Numbered from the stretch's first letter, positions 29,201 through 52,878 are shown. The stretch is 64,000 bases of DNA from Fimbriosthenelais zetlandica (GCA_977030845.1 OZ365111.1:46190001-46254000); one strand, 5' to 3'. A program made the numbers and translations. The notes: generated by a model from the sequence alone, not told the origin.

Positions 29201-31435
29201 TAATTAGGCTTGTGAATGGCTGCGGATACAAAATAACGAGTTGAACCCCCCGAAGGGCAGGTAGAGTGCAAGTGAAAAGGTCCTAAATGAACAGAACTGA
29301 TCAGAAGCTGGGTTTTCTATGGGTGAAGTGACCATGACACAGGGCTACTTGCAGGTGAGGCTGTCATAGAAGGTTGCCCGAGTGGTAGTGAAGACAGGGT
29401 GGTCCCCAGGGAGGTATAGTCGTGGGAAAGCCAACCCATTAATTACCCACCAAGAGAGAAGGTTGAACCAGGCGTTTACCTACAAGGGTTGGAACAGACA
29501 AATGATCTTCTTACCTGAGTCAGTCATTTGAGAATTACTTAGAGAGTCTCTCCCCATGTGGCATTTGATACTTCATTTCTCGTCTTTTGATAGTACAAAT
29601 ATTGAAAATATGAACCATCAACTATCAGACCTGAAGAGGGTAAAGGTCGCACCAATCAATTATTTCTCAGAATAAGTTTTTTGTTGGTAAAATCCTAATA
29701 AATACAGTCCATCTGTGTATATTTCTTTATCAAATATATGTTGATTCATTTTTTGACTTGTTCTTAATTTTCCCTTATTGATTCTTTCAGGGTCAAAGAG
29801 GGACCAAACAGAGGAAAAACAAAAACCCAAACAAGATGAACTTTATGGCTTCCTTCCAGAGGAAAATGCCACTTTGCCCAGGTCAGGAACCCTGCCAACT
29901 CGTGTAAAACCAACCCCTAATCAAGCTCAGCAAAAGAAATGTGCTCAAAAACCGGTGAGACGTTCCCTGTTACCGTGCGAGAGGAAACGGCTGATGGAAA
30001 TGATGAACGCTAAGAAGCAATCTCCATTAGAGATCCAGATCCCACGGGAAGATGGCTGGTTTGATATGAGGAATAATTCTACTATAGCACAAAGTGTATC
30101 TCCTGACAGAGTCCAACAGGGGGAAGCTTCAAAGCAATACTTAACACCAGAGAAACATCAACAGCAATGCTTGGTAAGTAAAAGTAGAAACCTTTCTGGT
30201 ACAAATCTGATATGACATCATTTTGTCTGTAATAGTTTCTAAGTATGACAGAATACATAAATGCTTAACTATGAAGAAGACTTCTCTGAAATGCATTACT
30301 GATGACTTTCTCCTGTCTTTTCCAGACTCCCAAAACACCAGGGTTAGATCTTCCCAAGTGTCAACCACGTCTCAACTCCAGTCTGAACAGCTCTGGGAAC
30401 AGCCTCAATGACAGTGGTATTGACAGTGGTCTTGACTCGTGTAGGAGGACCGACTCCAGCAGCAGGGTCAGCTTCTCAAGTTGTGGCAGTGTCAACCAAA
30501 GAGCTGCCCATGTGTCAGAAGCTCTCTTCAGTGTCAACTGGCGACTTCAGCATGCAAGCATGTCCAAACCTGCTAATATTCCCATGTGGGTTTCTAGAGA
30601 ATTCAAGGCTCCTGCTGAGAAAATTAAACAGAATGTCATCAGTGTGGAGAAGGGTGCTGTGGTCAATGCCTTGTACAGAACCAATGAATGGGTTTTTGTG
30701 AGAACTGCTCAGAATCTTAGTGGGTTTGTGCCATATCACTATGTTGAACCTCTAGGTCTGCGGAGGCTTTCAAAAGACTTCACCCAGCAATACCCCGAGT
30801 TAGGTGCTCCTCTCTGGAGGTCATTTGACGGTGACAGATCCAAAGCTGAATCTGTTTGTGCTAGTAGTGATCTTGGCTATCAGAGCAGCCAGAACAGTCG
30901 ACAAAGACGTCCTTCTGGTACTACAGCCAGCATATGTGACTCTGACAACCTAGATTCTAGTGTCTTCCAACCTGTTTCCAGAAGGTATGATCCAGATTTG
31001 TCAGTTCTTGAAGACTGTGCTAACGTGCAGTTTTTCAGGACGTTGGAACCAAGGCTGGCCCGTGACAGAAACCCAGTCCTCATGTCATCTCAACTCTCCA
31101 TGGTGCCTCACATTGGTTCTGACATTTCAAATGAAGAAGATTTGGAATCTCTCAACTCTCTCGATGTGTCAATTGACTCTACATGTTCAGACTCATCTGT
31201 GTTCACAATTACAGACAGTGGTGTTCAATTGACTGTACTTTTCAATTACAATGCCCATGAAGAAAATGACTTGGACGTTTGTAAAGGGGATATTGTAATG
31301 GAACTCAATACAGATGATTCTGAATGGACTTATGTTAGGAACGAAGAGGGAGATGAGGGCTTTGTGCCAGCAACCTATGTCGTAAATCTCCGAAAGTTGA
31401 ATCTCGATCCGAGAGCACCAACGACTTACTTATGA
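23147..31435 (+). CDS. Two-SH3-domain adaptor protein, 516 aa, 3 coding exons: join(23147..23204,29791..30173,30326..31435); possibly Dlish/Vamana-like
   Basis: Spliced ORF assembled by hand with GT-AG boundaries and matching phases (1, 0). Two SH3 signatures: ..KGAVVNALYRTNEWVFV..GFVPYHYV and LFNYNAHEENDLDVCKGD..EWTYVR..GFVPATYV. An in-frame TAA lies upstream of the ATG. Confidence 0.85.
29791..30173 (+). CDS. SH3 adaptor coding exon 2 (low-complexity Q/K/P-rich N-terminal region)
   Basis: Acceptor attctttcag|GG and donor TTG|gtaagt, inside ORF 29778..30215; phases 1 and 0. Confidence 0.85.
30326..31435 (+). CDS. SH3 adaptor coding exon 3 (degron region, SH3-1 about 30578..30754, SH3-2 about 31223..31393, stop)
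   Basis: Acceptor ctgtcttttccag|ACT; forms most of ORF 30302..31435, the longest ORF in the window; SH3 motifs visible. Confidence 0.95.
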   Translation, partial: TPKTPGLDLPKCQPRLNSSLNSSGNSLNDSGIDSGLDSCRRTDSSSRVSFSSCGSVNQRAAHVSEALFSVNWRLQHASMSKPANIPMWVSREFKAPAEKIKQNVISVEKGAVVNALYRTNEWVFVRTAQNLSGFVPYHYVEPLGLRRLSKDFTQQYPELGAPLWRSFDGDRSKAESVCASSDLGYQSSQNSRQRRPSGTTASICDSDNLDSSVFQPVSRRYDPDLSVLEDCANVQFFRTLEPRLARDRNPVLMSSQLSMVPHIGSDISNEEDLESLNSLDVSIDSTCSDSSVFTITDSGVQLTVLFNYNAHEENDLDVCKGDIVMELNTDDSEWTYVRNEEGDEGFVPATYVVNLRKLNLDPRAPTTYL

Positions 31436-31855
31436 TCTAAAAGTGTGGAGAGTTTATTTGTTGTATATTTGAATGATCTGTGTCTAATTTATTGTTGTTT
31501 TTGTTGTCTTATATATTCAGTTCAATTACTGCATTTCACCATTGTCTTATATTAGGCAATGGACAAAAGGCATGCTTCACATAAGCATGCAACCAATCCA
31601 TTACCAAAGAATCCAAAATGGAGTTCAACATACACCCAAACATAAAAACCAATGATAAAAACTATTAATACATTGTAAATTATGTACATGTGAATAATTA
31701 TATTTGGATGTTACATTCATTAGATATTGATGACATTGGTTTAATACATTACCATACACACAAATGTCACATACTATGTTTACAACAACACTGATGAAAA
31801 ACCAATATAATTGCTATGCAATCATATTTTTGCTGTGATAAATACGAGTTTTATG

Positions 31856-31861
31856 AATAAA
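31856..31861 (+). terminator. Candidate polyadenylation signal AATAAA of the SH3 gene
   Basis: AATAAA about 420 nt after the stop, at the end of an AT-rich UTR-like stretch and followed by T-rich sequence. Confidence 0.55.
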
Positions 31862-34800
31862 TGCATTTAATATACTTCTCTCGTCAGATTTGCCTTTATC
31901 CAGTTCATTTGGGTCCTTTTTTTTTTAGCAACGTTCTTGCCAATAAGTATTTTCTTTAGTCATTTCGCTGGTAGACATAGTACTTGCAAGTAAAGGTTTA
32001 TCTTCAGGGGGAAGAGTAAACAAGGTTAGGGCAGGTGTAAGATTATTGGTCATTTACTGAAATTCAAGACGCTGGCTCTCTGACGCTTGAAGGGGCTACA
32101 ACATCATGCGCCGATTACATGGCCTTTTTCTTAAACAGGTGACTTGTCACACCTTTCATATTCCGCCTGATGCCCCGAGGACATAACAGTAGCTCAGACT
32201 TTCTTGGATGCACCCATTGGTTGGCCCCCAATACGTCTTTGTATCCATAGCGTCCTCTCCTTTTAGACGCCTACCTCTGAATGAATATTCTAGAAGTCTT
32301 GACATAATAACTTTAAGTTTTAAAGACGGTATAAAACGGTTCATGGGAACTTTTCCACGGACAATCACTCATTCAGAGAGCAGGTGCTGGCCTTGGTTGG
32401 TGACAGTTACATTCAAAATTAGTATCAAAATAGCCACTTCAATGCAAAACTGGGCTTGATTTCAAGGAGTGATAACATTCATTTCGATCCTCCTCACTCA
32501 GTGTTCAAAGCCGAAAATTCACGGTTTGCTTTAGGTGGTAATTAAACGCGGACCCCACCTGCCCACCACTGGAGGCAAGCTTGTTGTTACGAGTTATTTC
32601 TCTTTAGGAACAATTACCCGGCCACACACATCTGGGGCCTCTGGTGTTTTTTTGTAGTCAGGACTATCCATCACCTGAACATGCCTCGTATTTTCGTATA
32701 AGTGGCAATATAGGTAGTCTACCAAGCAAGTGTTTGTCATATATATCATTATATATAATTATATTGGTCTTTATGGGCCAATTCTCAGCCAACATTCCTG
32801 ATTCTGTTCAAGAAGAGATAATAATTTTCACTTTATACCTCATTTATCATAGAGAAATATGATCTCTTATCTTTATTGAAAATATATTAACTTGAATGTT
32901 TAGCACCAAAAGTGATCCATCTGACCTTCCAGACAAAATAACCTTTACTTGGAAACATAGTATTTGGACATCTGAATTCCTACATTTTTTATATATCAAT
33001 TTTTTATGCAGCCATTTTGCGTAAATTTAAGGGTTTCTTCAAACCAGCTGGCTAAAATGCATTGCCAAAAATTCAAATTTTGTAGTAAAGTAGCCATTCT
33101 ATACTGGTATAAGAGGTTGGTGTATGTCCGGGGGATATAACCGAAAGTTTAGGTGATCATTACTCGGCTTGATGGCCTGTCATATATTGTGAGAGGGGAG
33201 GGATGGACAGCACACACGGCCCACCCATTCATGCTGCATTTCACACCAAAATGAAACCACACGTGCCTGACAACATAAAGTCTATAATTGATCCGGAAAC
33301 CTTTTGGACATAGAGTAATAAAAACTAAATTATGCTATATCTGCGGTTGATCTGCAGTCCCGACCGTCTTACTAAGGATGTAATTCACCGAATAAGCAAT
33401 GCACGAATGTAATGCAAGCATTTACAAGTATGGATTTAAACATGAATCTGTATAGAGGAAAGAAAGAAAGTATATGAAAGTATATCGTATATTTGACTTG
33501 AAATCGCTAGTAGATATTTTCTTAGCAATGGGGACATTTTTCCCAGTGGCAACATGATCTGCAGTAATACAACCAGATATTTTAGCCATTGATTCGCTAG
33601 GACCTAAACTGGTGTAATTTGATGGGTGGAGTTTTGTAATTCCTTTGAGGTAAAACTACATTTCTCCAGGTGCCTGGGGGAACACCAACCATACAGCTTG
33701 TCAACATACCAACTTCCACTTCACCTCATCACAATATAAAGAACCTGAAACCATTTTGTTCAATTTGTCAAGATAGATGCCGGACCCATCCTCCTGGCCC
33801 TCGACCCCTGACCAGTAGTAGATCGCATAACCATTCTCAATAGGATGTAATTTGTATACATCCCCCAGGTTATAACAATGGAGCCATAATAGCAAGATAA
33901 TCCACCCCGACACTTCAACCTGTCCTTAATTTATACCTTCGATGTAATGCTACCCCAACACCTGTCTCTTCTAGGTGAGGGGCTGGACTACAATAAATAA
34001 AATCACGCAATAAAGGATAAAAAGATAAGGATGATTTCTGTGTGGAAAGAAATGATTTGACAGTTTAATGGTTGCATAACGCCTGGGTATGTCGGAGAAG
34101 CTCTCATCGGGACACTTATCTCAGATATAATCTGTCGCTTGAATAAGGCTTGTCAGCAGGGATTAAGTGTCCGACGACGGGGTTCATCTATCAACATTTC
34201 CACACCTGGAGTTGGGCTTTTTGCTTTTCGACAGTCACACTTTCTAGGTGTTCGCTTCTAACAGGTGTGAATAGGAAAAGTTGATGGATGGAATTGTAGG
34301 TGCGAAATACAATTTACACCACTTCCTTTTTACTAAATTCATCAGTTTCCTCTTTCAGATCTGAATATTTGACTGCCTGAGATTTGGAGGCAAGCAAGAT
34401 GACGCCATGTGATAACGGAAATCTAGTTGCAACAGCAGTCCAAATGACATCCATCTTTGCGGAATCGGCCCAATATTTTTTGCTGAATTCTACCTTGTAA
34501 GTCAACATTACAATGATGAAATTTGAAATGTTCACGCGTCTATTTGTATTCTTTAGTATTTTTAGATTATTGTTCCCATATGTCATTCATTTCTGTTTAC
34601 ACCAATCTATATCCTTCAAAACATCCATCATTCCTCCTTCCGTTCCAATGAACACATTATGTTGAATCTTAAGAATATACAAATATCAATTTCCCACTAA
34701 TAACAGCTGGAAATCTACTAATATAACACACTTTGATGCACTACAATAGTTGTCCATCTCTATCTCTATTTCTAGTGGGTATAGGAAGCGCGTGCCATCC

Positions 34801-35520
34801 GTCAAGAAGCATCACAGGTGCAGGCAAGGCATGACGGACAATAGACAGGTGAGTGGAGGTTCAGTGGCCAGCCACTGGTCAATTGGCTACTCCATCTATT
34901 AAGGTTTCAATGGTTTAGAGGCACTGTCACTCAACCATTTGCATTAGACAACTTTTGTCTGCTGTATGGAAAGCATCACAAAAGCTCTGATGCTATTGTG
35001 CGTTTGTAGACCTAGAAAGGAGGACCTATGGAGTCGAGCCAGCCACATAGAAAAGCTTATCAATACTGCTCTGCTCCTAAATGCACCTCGATTGATGTGG
35101 TAGAAGTTTATTCTGCTCTCAAAACTTGTTTGCAGCATTGAAAGTTTTCAATGCTCTATGTGCAATTGCACTTATGTAGGCATACGTTGACAATAACGGC
35201 TGTAGAAATTACACTTCAAATCCTAGATCTTTATAATTATGAAAGTGTTGTAGAGGGTTGGCTTTAGAAGCACGTGACTTTTTTTATTTTTAGTTCACAT
35301 CTTCATATTTGAAAACCTGATATTATATATAATTACTGGTCAATTTCTGCAATGCCCAACTAGTCCCCTTGCACGTAGAAGTCATATCTATATTGTGCGT
35401 GTCTCTGGACCATTTATGATAGGTCCAAGAGTGTGAGGGAGTAACCAAACGTCCATATTATCGCTCACCTTGGCATTTCCTGGGGGCCTAAGAGACGTCT
35501 ACCATATTACAGGCTATTAG

Positions 35521-35544
35521 TACCTGTTGGGGTACCTGTTGGGG
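35521..35544. repeat. 12-bp tandem duplication tacctgttgggg x2
   Basis: Seen directly. Confidence 0.9.
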
Positions 35545-38294
35545 CCGTGTAACCATGACTACTGGGAACATCAGGGGGGACCTTTCATGACATCAACGAC
35601 CTTCTGCCACTCACTGGACGCTACTGGAACTGGCACGCCCTCGAGTGACCATTTTCTCACGCCAACCTTTGACCTTTTAGCCAGACAAGCAAAAAAAGTG
35701 GTCATAAGCACTGTGAGACTGACCATTGCCTTTTCCATGTGGTTCTTCTTATCACTCATTCCCAGAAGGCATGTAGATTTATCTATCAAGGTAATAACAT
35801 CGCTGTCAACTTACACGACCTTAGTTTTCCCGACTTTCACTCGACACAATGTTATACCGCGGTACAGCATGATTTTAGTTATACATTGAAAGTCATAGGC
35901 AAATAATATTAGATATTCATTCAAATCAAATCCACTTTGAAATAACGCTGGTACCGACAACTCTTTAAAGGAGAAAACTGGAAATCAAACAAACAATATT
36001 TAATTTTTCTTGCTCTTATCAGAACCTAGGTTTAGGCCGATAATGAAGTGATGGACAGATGGTCATGGACTAACAAGACCTTCACGGTCGTCAGGGAAAC
36101 GGCGGATGTGTAGGATAATGACCCTTTATTCCACCTTATACTTTACACTTTCCCTTACCTATATGACACTTGATCGCCTTTTGTCATGAAAAACAGTGGG
36201 CGTAGGTGTTTATAGGAGTACCCGCCTCAATAACACAATGATATAGGCCTAGCATTCACAAACATCTGTGCATTATTTTCATGAGATAAATAATGTCTCG
36301 TATAAGATGGTTGCTTTTGATTTTAAATCCTATATATAGGCCTAACCATTGTATTGCTTTTCTCTAGTTGCCAAAAGACAATTCCTGATTCGTTTTGGTG
36401 TTTTAAGACTAGTGCTCATTCATGCGATGAAGAGGGATGAATCGAGAGGTATATGTATAGTACAGTGGTGCACCCTGGCGTTTTTCCCAGAAGTTAGCCT
36501 TAGCGAAGAACCATACCATATGACGCTACTGAAAAGCGGAAGTAGACCTTGTATGTCGTAAATTGTTGTGAAATTCATGAAAATCATACTTAATGCACCA
36601 GTCAATATATCCCCCAATCCCCATGGCTGATGTGGTTCATACAAGAATCTTAGTTTGAATCCCTGGGTGTCTTAATTTTTTTTAGTCTGAACCCCCACCT
36701 CAGCGCATTGACTGGTAGGCTACATAGGAACCGCAATACATTTTGAATATCCTCTTCTAAATGAAATGAGGCGTACTGTATTGAGTGCTATGATACAGGC
36801 AGCGATATAGAGGGAAGAATAAGTATAATGATTTAATCCCTTTCCTTGGAAGGAATCTGTATCTTTGGTGCCACATATATGTGCCTATTTCTGGCATGTG
36901 GAATAAATCATACTTCAAACGTAGATCGATGTTCTCAGCCAAAGACCAGAGTGTCAGAAGATCTATTGAGCGTACCATTTGAACAATTCCCCTGCAGTAA
37001 CCCCACCCTACATGCATCCGTCCCACCTTCACCCACCCAGGGTTGGAGCAAGTGCTAAGACTTCCTACAGATTGCCACATTAAAAATAATAAATTTACGG
37101 TATCACTTTGTCAAGTATAATCCATTTATGAGTTTAACCTTTTATGCCAATGTCATAACTGTCACCTTAATTGCTAAATTATATCTATGTATTATTTCCC
37201 ACACAAATTTTCCAATAAACATCAACCGTCCCTATAAAGAAAGTAATCGCATTTTCCTGCAGCTATAAGTAATCCAATCCCCAGTCCTTCATCCTGGGCT
37301 CTCCCATCAGAAAATCCTTGCACCAGCTTTAATCAAAGTGAATAATTTCAATGTGACGACTTGGAAGCATATATCTGCTGCGGATCTGTAGTACAATGCA
37401 CTAAATCCTTAACTGTTCAATGGAATCCCCGTCGGAGAAATGTCCCTTCAGATGTATATATTAGACTCCTTGTTCATTGAACATAAGCAGACACCATATA
37501 TGTGTGTGCACATATCTTATTTTAACAATGGTCTGGGAAAGCTTTGTTCGCCTAAGCCTTTAATCTCTCCAGTACCTTCATAATATGAGCGAATTCCTCG
37601 CAGATCTTTGTGAGGCGGGTCGTTTCATTGAAGGGGATAATTTCTAATGGCAGGGCTGTTTGTGCAAGCAGATCCTGAATCAACAGCATTAGAGGGACTT
37701 CCGCTACAGTCTCCTCCCAACTTCCGCTTAAAGGCTTCGTTTCGAGACAACGGCCAGGAGGTTGAAATGAATATTAGAAAGCATTGCGGGTGGAATCATA
37801 GATCCATGACAGGCCTCTGCCTTGGGATACAATTAAGTTCTTTTACCTAAGTTCTTATTACCTTTCCTTTCAGCAAGCACTGGCTGTCAATAATATAAAA
37901 TGTGTACTGTTCCCAAGATGCATACGATACTTATCACTTGCAAATGTGTTCTTGAAATAGCTCCAAAATAACATGGTCTTTTTATATACTATCCAAGGGT
38001 CCATTGAAAGGAGTCAATTCTTTTGTCTACTTCATTAATTAAGTTATATTTCATTACTTACGTTATACAGCTAGACAATTGTTTCCATGTTGATCATGTA
38101 ACTGATTCGATTCTCCCGTTTATATGCAGGTCCCTCGTTTAAAACTGATAAATTACAGATTGGAAAACGAAAAACAATCACAGTTGATTTTGGACTTTGT
38201 TTTTGTTCAAATGATTTGGAATCTAATTACTTGATGGGAGAACTGTTCCATGCAGTAAGCAGCGCCAATGTACTCAGGCAGTGGCCGTCTTTCA

Positions 38295-38369
38295 GGAGCC
38301 TGTTTCAAAAGGAATATTAGTCATAGACTTAGCATTGCTAATGCCGGTATTCCTTTTGAAACAGGTCCC
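38295..38369. mobile_element. Short palindromic MITE-like element, best-preserved copy
   Basis: Perfect 18-bp inverted repeat cctgtttcaaaaggaata (38299..38316) / tattccttttgaaacagg (38348..38365), with an inner palindrome ttagcaTtgctaa. Related copies at about 40944 and 17580. Confidence 0.7.
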
Positions 38370-38430
38370 AGGTAGAAAGCCATATACGAGGTCCAATTTA
38401 ATACCAAAGAAAGTAAATTTAACGACTATA

Positions 38431-38436
38431 TTTATT
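38431..38436 (-). terminator. Candidate polyadenylation signal of the esterase gene (alternative at 39237..39242)
   Basis: TTTATT on plus (AATAAA on minus) at the distal edge of a very AT-rich 1.2-kb stretch after the stop. Confidence 0.45.
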
Positions 38437-39493
38437 CGATTATAAATCATATAATATATGACAATATAATGATGGAGTTATCTTTTACGAAATGAATATG
38501 AATGGGATTTTCTGTATTTGACTCACAACTGGCATAAATGATAATTTATAACGATTATTTACATAATATAAGCGACTGATATTTATGTACAGAAATATTA
38601 CACATACGTATTATTATGGTCCCCACATACGTATACATACAGACTTCACGATCGCATAATACTAATATATATGATGCTATAGGTACTATAGGCTAAATGT
38701 ACAAACTACATGATATGTATGTACATGAATACCAATGCTTATGATAACTACATTACAATATAGTCTTTGCTCCCTACGTTGGATTCATAATTATTTACAA
38801 TGAAGGGAATGCACGAATAGATGAGACTACACAATGACAAATATATATATGCGGATTTCTATTTATAATATCATTTGCGGTTCCTTTTCATAAAATTTAG
38901 TTTATAGTTCATAATTTAAACCTTTGCCGCCGATCTAGTTTTCTGAAGAATGCAACTTATGAAAATACAACATGTAAGGATTATACATGTAGTAACAATT
39001 TTAGTGGTTACTTCTCCATATAATAATCAGATAATGTAAACCAAAAAAAACGTACTAAAAGCACCATAGAACATAACAGATTTGTCGCCTGTAATCTATC
39101 CCTCATATATGGCCCCCGATACAAATGTAAATATGTCCCTGAAACTTGACCAATAATTATATATTATATTGACTAGGATAGTTATTTTATACTAACAAAT
39201 TGGCAGCATAATCATATTATTTTGAGTCGGATACAATTTATTGTTATTTTTAATCTTAAACTATAATGCTAAGAATTTAAAACAAATGAACTAAAATCCG
39301 GCTGCATGAATATTTGCATTCCTGTTGGCTGAACATTACATGTGCGAAACTATAACATCCCATCCCCCTTTTTTTGCAAAAATACTGTACTTTCTACATA
39401 ATTAAAGACTATGAAACTAACCTTGCACATTGACATCTCCTTGACAAATAATGAGAATAGCCAACATTATAGGAGAAAAATACACCTAGATCC

Positions 39494-39591
39494 CAGGGGG
39501 CCGTTTCATAGAAAATATTTGGTATTAGTTAATTAATCGTAACGCTATGGATAACTGCGAGCGCATTTTTTTTTAATGAAACGGTACCCTG
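39494..39591. mobile_element. 98-bp MITE-like element with imperfect 22-bp TIRs, in the esterase 3'UTR
   Basis: Left cagggggccgtttcatagaaaa versus reverse complement of right cagggtaccgtttcattaaaaa (4 mismatches). Confidence 0.6.
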
Positions 39592-39673
39592 CTCTTGGTC
39601 TAGGACCTTTCCTTCTATGATCTTTATATATTATTATTATTCCCTCGCTCATAGAAAAAAACTTGCAATATGA

Positions 39674-51281
<11,608 letters not shown>

Positions 51282-51706
51282 GTTGGAAGCAACCACCTTC
51301 CCTACAGAAAAGGAGAAAAGTGAAAAATGTAATAATTTGCTTAGACTCCAAGAGCTACCACGGTTCTTCGTTTTATTATCGTCTAATCGTCTGGAAAAAT
51401 CCATGGAACAGTGGGCGTTATATATACAAATGGGTCACGATGTTTACCCCGCAATTTATCTAAGAATCACCTCTCACTTCAGCTTGAAGATTACAGATGA
51501 AAAATATGATTTATATCAAGCAAATGTAAATGGGACATTAATTGTTGGATGGAGACCATGCATGAATTGCCACCATGTTATATATTTTAGGGCTGCAGTA
51601 TAAGAAGAAAAGTCACTCTTCTAATGGCTTAAAAACATGCTCTAATTACTTGAGATGTTTCCTATATACATGGGCATTCCACGCGATCGTGGTTATCTGA
51701 ACTCAT

Positions 51707-51741
51707 ATACGGCCCATTACAGTTTATGAATACGGCCCATT
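51707..51741. repeat. 12-bp direct repeat atacggcccatt x2, the second embedded in tttatgaatacggccc (possible TIR end of a GGGCCGT(A/T)TCA-type element)
   Basis: Direct repeats at 51707..51718 and 51730..51741; similar to the TIR of the 39494 element. Confidence 0.4.
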
Positions 51742-51948
51742 TCACAACTAAATATGTCGTCTAAAGGCAAAGTCAATGGATGAAAGTTTGCTGTACAATT
51801 GGCCGATAAATTGCATTTAAACAATTATAATATAGCAAATGGAAGGAAATACATTTATAAATGGAAGAATGTATACATGTCGTTGAGGTTGGCAGGGAAG
51901 TTTCACTGAAAACAATGGTAATGGATGAAATCAGCGCATATTACTCCA

Positions 51949-51973
51949 CCCCCCCCCCCCCCCCCCCGCCCCC
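51949..51973. repeat. Poly-C tract (C19-G-C5)
   Basis: Seen directly. Confidence 0.95.
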
Positions 51974-52878
51974 ATTCTCGCCTTCATGCACGCAGCATGG
52001 AACCCACACGTTTCCCCATTTGAAATATTCCCAGATACCAGAATCTCATCAACCTCCTTTTCTTGATTTTTCGCCGATTAATCACGTAGCGAGAGCAACC
52101 ATGTAGAAAATCCTCATGCCTCTATCACAATCCATGTTTCTGACAACGTGCGATTACAGTATTTAAAATGTGACATCAGAAAGAGATTTGAGACATGGGG
52201 CTCTAAATATATTTCTTTATTTTACTTTTATTTTAAGTCTTTGAGCGTTCCGAGGAACTATCGCAACATATTCATTGGTAATTTTTGGATTGCACAGGAT
52301 CTCTTTATACAAGCAATTTGCTTAATACTTATTAGTATAGGGGTACAATTCCCTGAATGGCTATACTCAGCTGCAACTTATAGAAGAAGGTCAACGCGTC
52401 TTAAATTTAATTCGCCTTAAAGGCTCTTTAGCAGTGCAAATGCTATTGATTTGTGCTATCTCAAGAGGGATAAACCTGCCTAAAAGGAAGACTTGAGATT
52501 TAAATTTGTTAATGGGACAGACCTTTCATGGAATTATGTGTAGGCTTATAATATGTGAACTGTGTACAGGGAAACACAGACCTGATAAGTGAATTCGGGC
52601 TGGAAAGAAAATGTGAGACTGAAAAAGCGAGTCATCATAGTGAAAGCAACTTGACTATAGAAGTTTCTAAAAAAAATCTCCCATGTTTTTATTATGATGT
52701 TTCTGTGAATATACATGTGCGTTTGGACTAATAACCATTTTGACATGTCTAGGAAGGGTTTGTTGGATAGAAAAAACTCGGAAGAGACTCATTTTTCACT
52801 CTCGGTAGCGCTGACAGCTGTCTAGTTTTTTCCTATAGTGAATCCACACTGGGAATTGGCTTAGAGTAGGTCTCATCA

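Noticed and set aside
29778-30215. ORF-track 145-aa ORF as a separate gene
   Set aside because: It is exon 2 of the SH3 gene read through into flanking introns.
35527-35889. 120-aa plus ORF and an antisense 72-aa ORF with a superficially S100-like MEKAMVSL helix
   Set aside because: No EF-hand follows, the start is non-ATG, and there is no exon support.
36660-36735. Minus-strand stretch vaguely resembling tRNA A/B boxes (SINE head)
   Set aside because: Several mismatches to both boxes, no cloverleaf, and no second copy seen.
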